Shown here: positions 55,727 to 56,892 of the stretch, in pieces
How the letters are laid out: every line of letters starts with the position of its first letter
Numbering within the stretch: the first letter of the stretch is position 1
IMG/VR virus record: IMGVR_UViG_3300044979_000046
Coordinates: 1 to 56,892 of that record
Strand: one strand, 5' to 3'
DNA: 56,892 bases
From: a virus
Lineage: Duplodnaviria > Caudoviricetes
Program-made: the position numbers and the translations under genes
The notes under the pieces: model-generated
What the model saw: only the letters and a program-made list of their open reading frames with translations
Told to the model about the DNA's origin: nothing
Database searches by the model: none

Positions 55727-56892
55727 TTAATCAGCGACCGCTACCGCCAAATTTTCAATTAAGCAGTGACGACAAGTTTTTGTAAATTCATTGTGTTGTG
55801 TACACTTTGGAATTTTTCCACCAGGAGTTTCGACCGCTCGCGTTGGAGGAACATTTGTACCAGAGCTATTTGCATTTCTTCCACCGCCAGCTGGTTGCAA
55901 TTGCTTTCCAACTTCAACCGTTCCTTGTCCAGTAATAATAAGATTTTTGTCGCAATCAGGATTGTCGCTAGGGTCTTCTCCCATCGCAATAAGCACCTGA
56001 TTAATCGTTTTGATCCCGTTCTTTACATAGATTTCATCAGCTAACGCTTGCTTAGCGATATCCGTTTCTCGCGGCTCCATCCAAGCAAACTCGTAATCGA
56101 CAAAACCCATTTTTATTTGAATGATGTAATTCATTGTATCAGCCAAATAATTAAGAATAGGATCAAGACCTTCTTCTTCAGAAGACTCCTGGCTAGTTTG
56201 AGCTGTCGCCCGGTTCATCATTTTTTGAAGAGCGTGCGGACTTACCGAGAAGCAAAAGCAGAGAACACGCGCAAGCATGTCGTCAGTTTCATCCATGATA
56301 AGTTTGTCAAGCTTCGGAAACAAAATCTGTTCCGGCTTATCATCGATATTAAAACCTTGAACAAGGCGAAGTTGTGTTCGGCGCCCAATGTTACCAGCTA
56401 GAGTTGAGTTAAGCCAATTTTGTTGACGTTCGATTTGTTCCGGTGTAGCAGTCGGAGGAACAATCATAATTCCTTCAGGAATATTGCTGGAATCATAATT
56501 CGCTAACTGCCACTCCAATCGACGTTGACCGAGCGTAATATGCTGAATGGCTTGCTCAACCTTCGAATAACCATAAAGCTTATTCGTACGCGGATTCCAC
56601 GGGCGGTAAACGAGATCATCCGTAGAAAGATCAACCATCGGGATGTTGTACCAAAGCTGAGCATACGCCGGATCGCCGTTTTGCGGAGTCCAGCCATTTT
56701 CATCGATATACTTTGTAATCAAGGCACCATCGATAGCTCGCATCTGAACAACTTCTCCGGCTTTATTCTTACGAAGCAAAATCGAAGCGGCATCAATAAC
56801 AAGTGTGTCGTCAGCCAACATCTTAATAAAGTCACGCCACGAACAATCGGGATTCGGAAAAGTAAAGAAAGTTGTCAGCTTCTTGATTGCTG
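55727..56892 (-). CDS. Portal protein (5'-truncated)
   Basis: Frame open to the window edge; YGYSKVE, NIPEGI, FSVSP, GIKTINQV..MG.DP. Confidence 0.85.
   Translation of the reverse strand, partial: AIKKLTTFFTFPNPDCSWRDFIKMLADDTLVIDAASILLRKNKAGEVVQMRAIDGALITKYIDENGWTPQNGDPAYAQLWYNIPMVDLSTDDLVYRPWNPRTNKLYGYSKVEQAIQHITLGQRRLEWQLANYDSSNIPEGIMIVPPTATPEQIERQQNWLNSTLAGNIGRRTQLRLVQGFNIDDKPEQILFPKLDKLIMDETDDMLARVLCFCFSVSPHALQKMMNRATAQTSQESSEEEGLDPILNYLADTMNYIIQIKMGFVDYEFAWMEPRETDIAKQALADEIYVKNGIKTINQVLIAMGEDPSDNPDCDKNLIITGQGTVEVGKQLQPAGGGRNANSSGTNVPPTRAVETPGGKIPKCTQHNEFTKTCRHCLIENLAVAVAD

Noticed and set aside
1-56892. Genome-wide TAG reassignment
   Set aside because: Long conserved genes are uninterrupted in the standard code and several end at TAG at expected lengths

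Overview
Most of the genome of a tailed dsDNA phage with siphovirus-like morphogenesis genes; no host-type genes are seen. The + strand arm (1-29.7 kb) carries small early genes, an RNA/translation-related island (6.5-13 kb), then replication and nucleotide-modification genes. The - strand arm (29.7-56.9 kb) carries portal, protease/scaffold, capsid, neck, two tail-tube paralogues, chaperones with a -1 frameshift, tape measure, tail tip and lysis genes. Most unusual signals: (1) a promoter-terminator-bounded array of four RNAs sharing a bipartite GGTACTG..TACA / CGACTTCC motif, each joined to a tRNA module in a different topology, directly upstream of a Ro60/TROVE-like vWA gene; (2) a Pth2-like gene missing from the ORF track because it begins ATG-ACA-TAG, followed by a CCA-ending mini-tRNA-like element and an amber-anticodon (CUA) tRNA with swapped D/T elbow bases; (3) non-coding tracts with a GYNNN pentamer grammar; (4) ten copies of a TGAAGG-hairpin-TAA element at early gene boundaries; (5) a probable dCMP-modifying pathway plus a glycosyltransferase-sulfotransferase fusion. 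All family calls come from motifs recognised by eye; no searches or folding programs were run.
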